Of a DNA stretch of 64,000 bases, positions 19,099 to 29,751 are shown piece by piece. Where the stretch lies: positions 69,975 through 133,974 of the forward strand of contig CALOBV010000007.1 in the NCBI GenBank assembly GCA_942491535.1, written 5' to 3'. The position numbers were made by a program, and so were the translations under genes. Position 1 is the stretch's first letter; each line of letters begins with the position of its first letter. Under the pieces are notes generated by a model. That model saw only the letters and a program-made list of their open reading frames with translations. It was not told the origin of the DNA and made no database searches. Origin of the DNA: an uncultured Marinilabiliaceae bacterium (GTDB lineage Bacteria > Bacteroidota > Bacteroidia > Bacteroidales > VadinHA17).

Positions 19099-20162
19099 CA
19101 GGTAACAGATATCATTTTATTTCTTCTGATTACTATCCATATCATAACCGGAATTCCAATAAGTGCAGTAACCGAATTTATTGGCAGAACCCTCTCACTT
19201 CCCGGCAACTGACTGACTATGTCTGATATAAGCAATAATATTGAACCAAGCAGAACAGTGCCTGGAATAAGATAATTATGTGATGATTTTCCTATTAATA
19301 ATCGCGTAATATGTGGAACAGCGATCCCAAGAAATGAAATTGGTCCGCAAAATGCTGTTACGCTTCCTGCCAGGATACTGGTTCCTGCGAAAATTAAAAA
19401 TCTGGTTGATATTATATTTAATCCCATTGTTTTGGCGTAATCTTCGCCCAGCATCAATGCATCCAGCCTCTTTATTGAGAAAATTGAAATTAACAGACCA
19501 GCGATTACACATATTATCAGAACATTTATCTGGCTCCAGGAAAGATTTCCCAGGCTACCCATAGTCCATATTACAAAGGCTTTTAGCATGGATTCATTAC
19601 TGAAGTACTGAAGGATGGATACAAATGCTGATATAGCACTGCCAATCATTATCCCTAGTATTAAAACAGTCATAATATCCCTCACACGAGACGATACAAG
19701 CATTATCAATAACATTACCAAACCTGCACCGGTCCATGATGCAATTGCAAGTATCCAGTTTCCTCCCAGTGAGATTCCTGAAAATGTTAACACTGACGAC
19801 ATTCCCAGTATTAAAATAGCTACTCCCAGGCTTGCTCCTGAACTTATTCCAAGAACATAGGGGCCTGCAAGCGGGTTTCTGAAAACTGTCTGCATCTGCA
19901 AACCACTAACTGATAAAGCAATACCTGCAAATATTGCCGTAATCGCCCTTGGTAGCCTGAAAGTAATTAATATTGTACGGTCGATTTCACTTCCACCTCC
20001 CATAAGCATATTAAGCAGCTCTTTAAAAGAATACACCTCAGAACCAACAGTAATATCTATAATAAATAAGAGAAGCAATAGTACTACCAGGACAGGAAAA
20101 ACCAGGGCCGGATTTGTACGGTATTTTTTTGAGAACCTTATATTACCTGGATTTACCTGCAT
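19098..20162 (-). CDS. btuC: FecCD-family ABC permease (BtuC type)
   Basis: 354 aa. Polytopic membrane protein with FecCD-type glycine-rich helices. Operonic. Confidence 0.8.
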   Translation of the reverse strand: MQVNPGNIRFSKKYRTNPALVFPVLVVLLLLLFIIDITVGSEVYSFKELLNMLMGGGSEIDRTILITFRLPRAITAIFAGIALSVSGLQMQTVFRNPLAGPYVLGISSGASLGVAILILGMSSVLTFSGISLGGNWILAIASWTGAGLVMLLIMLVSSRVRDIMTVLILGIMIGSAISAFVSILQYFSNESMLKAFVIWTMGSLGNLSWSQINVLIICVIAGLLISIFSIKRLDALMLGEDYAKTMGLNIISTRFLIFAGTSILAGSVTAFCGPISFLGIAVPHITRLLIGKSSHNYLIPGTVLLGSILLLISDIVSQLPGSERVLPINSVTALIGIPVMIWIVIRRNKMISVT

Positions 20163-20164
20163 TT

Positions 20165-21301
20165 TTATTCAACTTTCAGATAATAATACAATTCGTGATT
20201 CTGAATAATATCCGGATGGAGTATTGAAGCAATATCCATAAGAATCAAATCTGGTCTTATAGCCCCTGATTCCCAGTAATCATTACCTCCACTTCGGGAT
20301 AACCTGGCTACATTATTATAAAGATTGCCTGACTGTACGGAAGGTAGCCCGGCGAATCTTCTGTCAAAGGCAAGGAGCTCCTTCTTCGTAGTTAGATTAC
20401 CAATATTTAGCCAATATTCGCTTCGCAAAGCTTCCCTGAACACAGACTCAATGCTTAATGGCATCGACTTATCAGATTTATGATCGGCCCATATATATTC
20501 ACCCCCTGCATCTTCTATCATTGTACTTATATAGGAATTACCCGGGGAAATAAACCACTTATCTTTATATGGCAATCCGAGCATTACTCCTGGTGTGTTA
20601 GTTATTGTCGTTTCAATTGAATCCCTTATGCTTTCATAATTGAGCCTGACTTTTGAAAACAACATATTAACCTCTTCTTCTGCGCCAAATAAAAGGCCAA
20701 ATAACTTTATCCACTCTGTTTTAGCAAGTGGATGCACCTCCAGGTAATCACCTATATAAAGTGCTGGGATATTTACTGTTTCAAGTTTTGAAATATAACC
20801 GGCAGATTCAGGACCAATACCATAAACAAAGACAATATCAGGATCAAGAGTTGTAATTAGTTCTGTATTCAGATTGCTGTCGTACCCAACATCTTTTACA
20901 TAACCTTTTTCTATGCGTTCTCTTACCCTGGTGTTAGATACATAGTTTGTCCCTGAAACACCTATTATACTTTCAAGCGATCCGACAGCATCTATCATGG
21001 CAATGTGGGTGGTAGACAGGCATATGCATTTTTCAACAGGCAGCTTTATCTTTCGGCTTTCCTTGATATCCGGAGGTATACTGTTTATATTTTCAGACAG
21101 ATAATAAGAAATTACAATATCATCTGCACCCTGCCAGGGAGAGAATATATCGAGTCGAACATAATTTCCGGAATCGCTTAATGAAAATAGTTTAGCATAT
21201 TCATTACTACTTGCTATACCGGGCTTATTATCAACTCTACGATCTGACCCGCAGGAGCTCAGTGCAACCAATAGTATATAGACGACAAAATAGAATTTCA
21301 T
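20165..21301 (-). CDS. btuF: periplasmic-binding lipoprotein (BtuF-like, class 8 PBP)
   Basis: 378 aa. Lipoprotein signal LVALSSC. Its position upstream of the FecCD permease and ATPase fits this role. A 4-nt ATGA overlap links it to the upstream protease gene. Confidence 0.65.
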   Translation of the reverse strand: MKFYFVVYILLVALSSCGSDRRVDNKPGIASSNEYAKLFSLSDSGNYVRLDIFSPWQGADDIVISYYLSENINSIPPDIKESRKIKLPVEKCICLSTTHIAMIDAVGSLESIIGVSGTNYVSNTRVRERIEKGYVKDVGYDSNLNTELITTLDPDIVFVYGIGPESAGYISKLETVNIPALYIGDYLEVHPLAKTEWIKLFGLLFGAEEEVNMLFSKVRLNYESIRDSIETTITNTPGVMLGLPYKDKWFISPGNSYISTMIEDAGGEYIWADHKSDKSMPLSIESVFREALRSEYWLNIGNLTTKKELLAFDRRFAGLPSVQSGNLYNNVARLSRSGGNDYWESGAIRPDLILMDIASILHPDIIQNHELYYYLKVE

Positions 21302-23478
21302 CGTACTCCTCCCTTAATAATCTTATATACCTGGGACTGTCCTGAAACAACGACTTCAATAAAGTATATACCTGCTTTAAGATTTTGCAGATTGTCTATG
21401 CTAAAATGATGATTATTGATGTTGCTATATTTTCTAAGGGTTTTCCCGGAAATATCTAAAATCGCTACAGACTGAATCATTTTCTCGTCAGAGAGAGACT
21501 CAATATTCAAAACATTACTAATCGGATTCGGATAAATATTAATTTTATAAGGCTCCAAATATTCATTTTGAACCGATACAACAGTACTATTTTCTACAAC
21601 AACGGTTTTTATATACAGGGTATTCTCTCCGGGATCAAAGGGATGCTGGCTAAAGGGATGCCATCCATTTTGATCCATATACCAGGCAAAATCAGAACCT
21701 GGAAGTGATGCAGAACCGTGATAAACAGCAAATTGCCTGATTTCTGAGTCGGCACTTTCCCTGTACCAGTTACGGTAGGCAACATAGAATGTTCCATTAA
21801 CTAAAACAGGATTGGAAAAATCGACACGCAATAAGTAATCGTCAGTGGTTTCCTTTATAAAAACTTTTTCAGAAGCAATTACATTTCCCGGACCGCTGTT
21901 ATCGTCGAGAATATATATAGAAACCGAATCATAGTTAGTAACATAATTGGTGGAACCCAGATAAAGGAAGACATCTGTTATTTCCTTTGGAGAGTCTGTA
22001 TAGAATTTCTCTGCATAGGAAATAAGGCTATCTATATTAAATCCTGTACTTAAACCGGTAGTTCCTTCAGAATATTCAGTAAGAAAATATTCACCACTTA
22101 CTCCGTTAAACAAAGTGTCTGAAGATTGATAGTTAATTTCATATGGATCTCTGCCACTCAGTATTTCTGTTCCGATATTATTATTATCAAGCCATGGTTT
22201 AAGGCTGTACTGGCTATTTACTGATATATCAAAAGAAATATCAAGTCTTGCATAGTAATCATTTACACTATTTCCACATCTTGCTTCTCCCCCGGTTAAA
22301 GTGCCTATTATTTTATGATTATTATTAAATAGAGGTGATCCTGAAGAACCTCCCTCCGTTGTTCCAAGATCCCATTGAAGGATCTGCCAGAATCCATCTT
22401 CATACTTATCTTCGAATCTAGCTATTATTGGCTCATCAAAATCTACAGAGATCTTCTTTACATCTCCCGACGGATGATGAATACATGTCTGATAAGGAGT
22501 AATATTACCGCTTACGTCCCATCCTGCCATATAGGGTTTATATAATATAGGAGGAAATTCCGACAGCTCGAGTAAAGTAACATCTATAATATCGTTAGTT
22601 GAAACAAGATAGGCCCCTGAAATAGATTTTGATACTCTGCCATCAGGACCGTCACACCACGGACTTTCATAATTAAATATCGCAATTGTCTGATTGGCCT
22701 CCAAAGAATTCCCAACTACATGCTGGGCAGTTAGTATATAGGGAATATTATCATTCGCGGTATTATTTACAAGGGTACCCGTTCCCAGGTAGGTATTGTC
22801 TATCAGGAGTTTTACCACGGCTCTTTTTTCATCACCCCAGGCCATGCCTTCATCGCAATTTATATCAATATTGCATATCCCTGACGAACCATAGTCTACA
22901 TCTTTGTCGCTTAGTTTTCCAAATATACCAAGGGCATCGTGACTAAGCTGTCCTATCTCAAGATCCCCTCCTCCTTCCTTCCTGAAACTGTATTCTATTA
23001 TTAGCTGACTACCTTCAAGGGGTATAACAGGAAGTATGCCGGATTCCTTATTATTTTTGTATGTAAAAGGTCCGAGAACGTTCAACTGACCGGGATCATA
23101 AATAAATATTTTCTCTCCTTCAACAAGCTTAAATTTTGAAAAAATAACTCCAAGTGCTGCAGCATCACCTGACGAGATAAAGATATGCCATGTATTGAAC
23201 TCACCCTTTTGTTCGGTAATGATTCCTGAATTAGCCGTATTTAAATTAAGCTCTACGGGTATCGCAAAACGAAGTAAACCCTTATCCTCCCCGGCTTCAC
23301 TCCTGATCTGATCTATCTCACTCGGCTGGACAGACAGATAGACCCATTCAATGCTTTTATCAGCAAAATCAAATCCCATCGGAGATCCAGTCTCGTGAAC
23401 TATCTGGGATCTTGTACTTATTGCACAAGCAATAAGGATCAGAGATAAGTATAATTTTCGCATCATTCTATAATTCAT
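21298..23478 (-). CDS. T9SS-secreted trypsin-fold (S1, lysyl-endopeptidase-like) serine peptidase
   Basis: 726 aa with a signal peptide. Triad contexts LTAQHVV (His), DVTLLEL (Asp) and TEGGSSGSPLF (Ser). The C-terminal Por/T9SS sorting domain reads IYPNPISNVLNIE...GIYFIEVV...YKIIK. Confidence 0.75.
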   Translation of the reverse strand: MNYRMMRKLYLSLILIACAISTRSQIVHETGSPMGFDFADKSIEWVYLSVQPSEIDQIRSEAGEDKGLLRFAIPVELNLNTANSGIITEQKGEFNTWHIFISSGDAAALGVIFSKFKLVEGEKIFIYDPGQLNVLGPFTYKNNKESGILPVIPLEGSQLIIEYSFRKEGGGDLEIGQLSHDALGIFGKLSDKDVDYGSSGICNIDINCDEGMAWGDEKRAVVKLLIDNTYLGTGTLVNNTANDNIPYILTAQHVVGNSLEANQTIAIFNYESPWCDGPDGRVSKSISGAYLVSTNDIIDVTLLELSEFPPILYKPYMAGWDVSGNITPYQTCIHHPSGDVKKISVDFDEPIIARFEDKYEDGFWQILQWDLGTTEGGSSGSPLFNNNHKIIGTLTGGEARCGNSVNDYYARLDISFDISVNSQYSLKPWLDNNNIGTEILSGRDPYEINYQSSDTLFNGVSGEYFLTEYSEGTTGLSTGFNIDSLISYAEKFYTDSPKEITDVFLYLGSTNYVTNYDSVSIYILDDNSGPGNVIASEKVFIKETTDDYLLRVDFSNPVLVNGTFYVAYRNWYRESADSEIRQFAVYHGSASLPGSDFAWYMDQNGWHPFSQHPFDPGENTLYIKTVVVENSTVVSVQNEYLEPYKINIYPNPISNVLNIESLSDEKMIQSVAILDISGKTLRKYSNINNHHFSIDNLQNLKAGIYFIEVVVSGQSQVYKIIKGGVR

Positions 23479-23577
23479 TTTACCGGGAATAATAGCTGCA
23501 GATACCTGCCAGTAGCTTTGTAAGACAGATCATAACTGTAAATATAGGCTTTCTGTATTAATCGAATGCATCGCATA

Positions 23578-25515
23578 TTATGATAGTTTTTTTGAGCCGA
23601 ACTTAATTGAAAGGGAAAGCATATAAGATCTCCAGGGCATAGGATAATTAATTACACTCTGATAATCTGTACCAAAAATGTTATTGACTTTAAATCGTGC
23701 TCCCAGGATGGTTGACTTAATATTAAATAACTCTTCAATAGATGCACTATTTAGCCAGTATGAAGGAAGATTTTCAGAATTGTCATCAGTAATATATCGT
23801 TTCCCTGTGTATGATGTCATCCATGTAAACATGAGCTTATTATACCTGTAAATCAGTGAAAATGAAGCCATATTTGAAGGCACATAAATTAACTGTTTTC
23901 CTACTGTATTATCATCTACTGTCAGCCCCTTATCTCGGCTAACATCTGTAAAATAATAACTTCCTATAAATTTTATGCCTTGATTACCTGAAGAATAACT
24001 AATCTGTTGATCTATCTCCACTCCATTCGAAATTACACTTGCTATATTCTCTGGTTTCCAGACATATTCTGAAACCGGGACCCATAATATCATATTATCA
24101 ATCAATGACCTATAAGCCGTGATGCTGCCATCAATAGTTAAAGTTTTCAGCAACCTGTCTTTGTAGGAAACGGTAATTTCAAAATTGCTTGCCTTTTCAG
24201 TCTTCAGGTCGGCGTTACCTCCCGGTAACCAATATAAATCATTTAAGGTAGGCAGATGATTTGACAGGCCTATACTTCCTTTCAGGTGATAATCGCCTTT
24301 GTTAAAAAATCTGATATCGAATCCGGTTGAGGGTGATAATCGAAGGAATTCTCCATTCATCAATTCCTGATTTAAAGATGAAAACAGCCCGAGTCTATCA
24401 TTAACCAGTAATGAATAGCTTAGCTCCACTTCCAGCTGATTACGCTGAATAAGATCTTCATAGTTATTTGTATTAACTCCCGTCGTCCTATAATCAAATC
24501 CAAGCTTAAGCTTTGAATTTTCCGTAAATTTATATATACCAGCCAGCCTGGCATTTACAGCATTTACCTGGTTCCGGGAGGCAATAAAAAACGATTCATT
24601 CGTATAGTGCATCCAATCTGAAATATATCCCACCTGACCCTCTAAATCTGCTTTCGTCTTATATGTATGGAATGAGATCACGGCGCGTATTGATTCATCA
24701 GTTTGCCTTTCATTTCCCGGTGTCGTTGGATATGCTGTTGACCCAGGCAAATCCCTGTCAGAAAAATTATACCAGAACCTTCCTCCAAAAACAGTGCTCT
24801 TATTCTTCAGGTTAATTTCATGAAGCATACCTCTTGTCTTATACGCTGCTCCTTCCCTTTTTAGTATTTCCTCTGTATTGCTCAAGGGGTCAAAATACTC
24901 ATGATTATTTTCAGCATTTTGAAGATATGCCCTGAGTCTGTAATTTATATTCTTCTTTCCCACACTCAAATCGATTGTTTCAAGTAAATTCGAAAAGCTC
25001 CCTATATTCTGCCGATATTCTATATTGATATTATCTTTCCATTCCGGTATGCTTTGAATAGCCACGGTGCCTCCCGGCCCCCTGTTTCCAAAACCCATAG
25101 GTGTCCCTCCATTATATATTGTAATATCTCCGGTAAGATAAGTCATTATTGTAGACAGGTCGCTTTGACCGGTCATGGGATTATCAATCCTCATTCCTTC
25201 CCATACTATCTGTGTGTGATTGGCTCCCATCCCCCTGAAAGAAGATGTAGCAGTTCCACCCAGTCCATACGACTTTATATACAATGGTGTATTAATATTA
25301 AGAGCATCTGCAATTGAATTGCTAAAAGCAGACCTTAATAAGTCGTTATCTATGTATAAAACCTTATATCCCTTCGCCCCGTCCGGAATGGATGGGACTA
25401 TAAGCACTTCACCAAGACTGACCGTATCGCCTTCAAAAAGAATGTTTTCCTGGGCAATAGCAGCATTAAACAAAAAGCCATGCATAAGGATTAATATGAA
25501 TATTGATTTTTTCAT
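23578..25515 (-). CDS. btuB: TonB-dependent outer-membrane receptor, cobalamin-riboswitch controlled
   Basis: 645 aa. Signal peptide, plug-domain region (ADALNINTPLYIKSYGLGGTATSSFRGMGANHTQIVWEGM) and a beta-barrel. First gene after the riboswitch. Confidence 0.85.
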   Translation of the reverse strand: MKKSIFILILMHGFLFNAAIAQENILFEGDTVSLGEVLIVPSIPDGAKGYKVLYIDNDLLRSAFSNSIADALNINTPLYIKSYGLGGTATSSFRGMGANHTQIVWEGMRIDNPMTGQSDLSTIMTYLTGDITIYNGGTPMGFGNRGPGGTVAIQSIPEWKDNINIEYRQNIGSFSNLLETIDLSVGKKNINYRLRAYLQNAENNHEYFDPLSNTEEILKREGAAYKTRGMLHEINLKNKSTVFGGRFWYNFSDRDLPGSTAYPTTPGNERQTDESIRAVISFHTYKTKADLEGQVGYISDWMHYTNESFFIASRNQVNAVNARLAGIYKFTENSKLKLGFDYRTTGVNTNNYEDLIQRNQLEVELSYSLLVNDRLGLFSSLNQELMNGEFLRLSPSTGFDIRFFNKGDYHLKGSIGLSNHLPTLNDLYWLPGGNADLKTEKASNFEITVSYKDRLLKTLTIDGSITAYRSLIDNMILWVPVSEYVWKPENIASVISNGVEIDQQISYSSGNQGIKFIGSYYFTDVSRDKGLTVDDNTVGKQLIYVPSNMASFSLIYRYNKLMFTWMTSYTGKRYITDDNSENLPSYWLNSASIEELFNIKSTILGARFKVNNIFGTDYQSVINYPMPWRSYMLSLSIKFGSKKLS

Positions 25516-25689
25516 ATCTACCTTTATTTATGGGCCTTGCAATCAAATAAAGAAATTTTGGAATTTACTTTATTCCAGGAATAAAGCATAGCAAATGACA
25601 CAGCAGTCATCAAATTGATAATCTTCTTCATTTTGATTTGTTTTTGTTTAACACTACTTTATCGCAAGCAGGAAACAAAGTGAGGTTAT

Positions 25690-25885
25690 AAACCAACGCC
25701 TTTATCCCGAAAGCTTAGGATTTCTCCTGTCACAGGCAGGTCTTCTGACTTATCCCAATCCACAGCGCCTTCCCATCGAATTAATTTTGACAGTGGCTAA
25801 AGTGCTCTGGATCATTGTTGCAATTTGCAACCGGGCTTCACAGCAGCGGGTACTGTTACGGATTCAGACCGTATTCCCTCTTATC
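25690..25885 (-). promoter_or_regulatory. cobalamin (B12) riboswitch
   Basis: The minus strand reads GAGGGAATACGGTCTGAATCCGTAACAGTACCCGCTGCTGTGAAGCCCGG...GCCACTGTCAAAATTAATTCGATGGGAAGGCGCTG...AAGTCAGAAGACCTGCC. These are the conserved core blocks plus the B12 box (plus-strand 25735-25750). It sits upstream of the TonB receptor. Confidence 0.9.
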
Positions 25886-25959
25886 GATATATTGAAAAAT
25901 AAATCGATACCTGATCAATACAAATGTAAGAGATAAAGTTAGTAATATCAATATTGAAG

Positions 25960-28614
25960 TCAATTTTTCTGAGCATTGATTAATGCCAGAATTTGATCGA
26001 TCAGACCAATCTGATATCCTTCGGACTTAAAAATAATTTCATTTTCAGGGTTTACGAATATCAGCACAGGCAAAGAAACATCTCTGGGGTCAATCTCCGG
26101 AAATAGATCATTTAAAAGTCTGCTATTTGTATCAAAACCTAGGAGGCAATTTTTTGGCAGATTACTTTGAACATCCAGGTTGAAAGATTGCGTAAGCAAT
26201 GTTGAATCTGTTATTAATACTAATCTTTCCACCCCAATCATCCAGCTGATCTGAGTTATTCACAAGCTCACTCAGGAAGTGTTTGGTGGGTTCTTTTTCA
26301 TGGTTTATCCAGGCAATAACAGAGCCATTACCATGTGCATTGTAAAGTGAAATATATTTATCGCCACTATAAATTTTATCAGCAGGACTAATATACTGAA
26401 GAACGGGTCTTTCCAGCTTATTATCTCTGAGTGAAAATTCTATTTCCCTGCATTCGTTTTCACCTAGTTCAAAAAATAATATTTCTGATAAAACTTCATT
26501 TTCATTTACCCTGTTGCCACTTACCAGCATATACTCACCGGCGTCTAATTTGACAGGCCAGTCGAAGTCATTAATATTCTTGCCATAATCGTAACCAAGA
26601 GTTTTATATTTTCCATCAGCCCTGTATGCAAGTGTGAAATGGGTATAGTAATCTGCTCTTCCAGGATTATCTGCTATTCTCAATGTAAGTTCAGCACAGG
26701 CCTTATTTTCACTTTCTTCATCAGCAAACTTAATTTCTTCCAGTTTCCGTTCTGCATAATACTGAGGTATATCTCTTTCTTCTTCTATACGAGCCGGTAT
26801 TCCGTAGCTCCTGCAGAGGGCTACAAATAAAATACCTCTTGAATGGTAGTCGGTATATGCAAGTTCAATGCTTCCCCGGGGGGATATAGGTACATTATAA
26901 TAATTTCTTTCCTCGTCTATACTCACATTATCATCAATCCACTCTACTAATCCGGATGGGTTTTCTCTGAATGATATTATTGCATCGTAATCATTCAAAT
27001 CCTGTAAATATCCCCTCCATGGTTTAATAATCTCGTTTGCTATCCGGGGATTCAATACATATTTATTAAAGATATCATCAGGCTATGTTGCCAGAATAGA
27101 ATTTCCGTGCATTTACAAGGTGATCTATCAGTATATCTTCAGGAGTATCTCTTAAATCCTTATCAGTCAATACATTCAATATGGAAATAGCATCATCCCT
27201 TAAATCAGTATCTATTTGCTCGAGAAATCTGATAACAGACCGATAGTTCCCCATGCTTCTTTTGATAGGCGAACTGATTTCGCTCCACCTGTATCCTGAT
27301 CTGGCAGCAAACTCAATTATTCCTGTTGAATCTATCCATGTGGCTATGTAATTTTCACGAATACTATCCTCTCTTTTCAGTCTAGAGCTATTATCATTTA
27401 TTTGAACATCACTCAGTACAGGATTATTCCTTGTTGGATCAGGAGCACTCAGGTTAAATTTATAAAGATCACCATCATCTATTCCCGCTCCTAAAATTAT
27501 CTCCAGGGTGTCTGTTTCTGCGACAGACACAAGGTCAAAGCCAGAGTTTCCGTTCTTTGAGCACCATACTAAAAGATTGCCCAGTCCGGTTACAAAGGAT
27601 GTATAACCGCTAGAATCAGTTATAGTTTCTGCTATTGGATAAAACTCTGCATAATTATATAGGCCATATTGAACTTCAGCATCCTCCACTGGATTATTAT
27701 CATTGTCAAGAACCCTGACTATTAATGTCCTGGTGTCTGCATACATGGCCAGGTTATTAATCTCAGCATAGTATTCATTTCTTCTGACCAGGATCTTCCT
27801 TCCCATAATACTTTCCAAAAGACTTTGTATGAATAAGCATAGCCCTTGAGGCTGCTTCAGTAAACCACCCATGGTTTAGGATTGGTTCGGGCTCACAGGC
27901 CCCCATATATTTCCATTCTCCGTTTATCCAGACTTCAACCCAGGCATGATTATCATCACTATGGGCCCACCTGGGTACATATACCTGTCTGGCAGGTATA
28001 CCTGCTGTTCGGAGTGCTGCAACAGTAAGTGTAGATTCCTCACCACAGCGTCCACGGGTTGATAATATTGTTGCCATTGGTGCAGATGTTCTAATATCGG
28101 CACCCTGGTAGCTTACTTTTTCGTGGCACCAGTGATTAATCTCGAGTGCTGCTGCTTCAATATCATCAAAACCCCTGAGCCGATCTGCAAGTTCATCATA
28201 GTACTTAATTCGAAAAGAATCGAGGTTCTCATTATTCACACGAACAGGAAGCACATAATGAAGGTAAATGTGGTCTGGGATACCAGGTACCCAGGGGAAA
28301 TAACTCCTGGCTTTAATAGATTCCCTTATATTTTCAAGGAAGAAACGAGAATCATAATCTGCCAGGTCATTTAAGGGCATTGATGCCAAATAAAATTTCA
28401 ATCCTTCTTCTTCTGCCCTGCTCAGTCTGCTATCAGAAAAAACCTGAAACAATTGATCTGAGCGGTTATCTGCAAATTTTCTTACCAGCTCAAATCTTGA
28501 ATTTATATCCTCCCTCAAATATTTGTCTTTGATCAACTTATTACTATTGCACGATGTAAGAGTGAAAAGGATAACAACAAGGTGTACCAGTATTGAGCTA
28601 ATCTTATTATTCAT
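25960..28614 (-). pseudogene. transglutaminase-like lipoprotein (about 885 aa) broken by three frameshifts
   Basis: Four consecutive ORF fragments read as one protein. The N-terminus is the lipoprotein signal MNNKISSILVHLVVILFTLTSC. The transglutaminase core is GRCGEES...HAWVEVW. Junctions are ...YYGKED|LVRRNEYY (~27790), ...FYSGNI|PDDIFNKYVLNPRI (~27076) and ...DDWGGK|LVLITDST (~26225). Each needs a 1-nt shift. Confidence 0.75.
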
Positions 28615-28621
28615 AGTTATA

Positions 28622-29653
28622 CTACAATCTACCACACGACCTTCCAATAACCAGGTCGGGGGCGATTTTTACGGTTCTTTTATATTTACTTTTTCCGCTG
28701 TTTTTAATTTCAGACCAGAGCATTGACACAACTTTTGACGACATACCCGGGATATTTCTTTCCAGATAAGTTATTGGCGTCGTTAAGATGTTAAATGCGG
28801 TGCCGCTTTCAAGAGATACCAGGGCTATATCTGCAGGAACCCTTATTTTTAATCTCTCAAGGCTTTCTAAGATCGGATATACCAATAATGCTTCACAAAC
28901 TACAAGTACGTCGGTACTAATAGGTTTTCTGATAAAGGGAATTAACTGTTCGTCTTTTATACTGTTTAAAATATCAACATCAAGCTTGCAATCGTCAATA
29001 ACAGGTTCATTCAGATATTCCTTAAGGCTGGATTTAACACTATTCACTTTTTCATCAAGGTATATTGAGTTTGCCGATGACCTTATTATTGTATATTTCT
29101 TATAGCCAAATTCGTTCAGGTGCTTAATAAGTTTTTTTGTCCCTGCCTCACAATCGCTAACAACCTCATTTAACCTGAGGTTAACTCCAGCCCTTTCGAG
29201 AAGGAGAAAGGGGAAACCGGATGCTTTCAGAGATCTTATTATTTCTTCGTCTGCCGAATCACCAGTAAGTATAACAGCACTATACATTCGTTTTATATTG
29301 GTAACAAATTTCCCATATCTGGCATCTTCCATATTGAGAGTAAGTATTGAAAATCCAAATCCTATACTGGCAAACGCTCTCCTGAGGTGTTCCGAAATTT
29401 CGATCACAAAAGGATCCTTAAGAGATGATACTATCATTCCAACTATACCCGGGCTCAAAACAAGCGACTCAGGTTTATGTAAAACGTCACCAGATTCAAA
29501 ATAACCCATCGAATGTGCCATAGCAATTACTTTCTCCTGGGTTTGCGCTTTAATACCATGCTGGTTTGCCTTATTATTTAAAACCAACGACACCAGAGTA
29601 CTTGAAAGACCGAGCCTTGCGGCAATATCCTTTATCCTAACCTTCTTAGACAT
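28622..29653 (-). CDS. LacI-family transcriptional regulator
   Basis: 343 aa. N-terminal HTH IKDIAARLGLSSTLVSLVLNNK plus a periplasmic-binding-fold effector domain. Confidence 0.9.
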   Translation of the reverse strand: MSKKVRIKDIAARLGLSSTLVSLVLNNKANQHGIKAQTQEKVIAMAHSMGYFESGDVLHKPESLVLSPGIVGMIVSSLKDPFVIEISEHLRRAFASIGFGFSILTLNMEDARYGKFVTNIKRMYSAVILTGDSADEEIIRSLKASGFPFLLLERAGVNLRLNEVVSDCEAGTKKLIKHLNEFGYKKYTIIRSSANSIYLDEKVNSVKSSLKEYLNEPVIDDCKLDVDILNSIKDEQLIPFIRKPISTDVLVVCEALLVYPILESLERLKIRVPADIALVSLESGTAFNILTTPITYLERNIPGMSSKVVSMLWSEIKNSGKSKYKRTVKIAPDLVIGRSCGRL

Positions 29654-29751
29654 GACGGTAATTATTTAGAATTTAAGCAGTGACTTGCACTGCCTGCTAA
29701 TACTTACTTACACCACAACCGGCAAATTGTGATATTCTTATTTTTTAGCGA

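Noticed and set aside
25524-25631. A 35-codon minus-strand ORF (MKKIINLMTAVSFAMLYSWNKVNSKISLFDCKAHK) between the B12 riboswitch and btuB.
   Set aside because: It lies in the expected expression-platform/leader region, is short and AT-rich, and has no recognisable motif. It could be a leader uORF, but I cannot support that from sequence alone.
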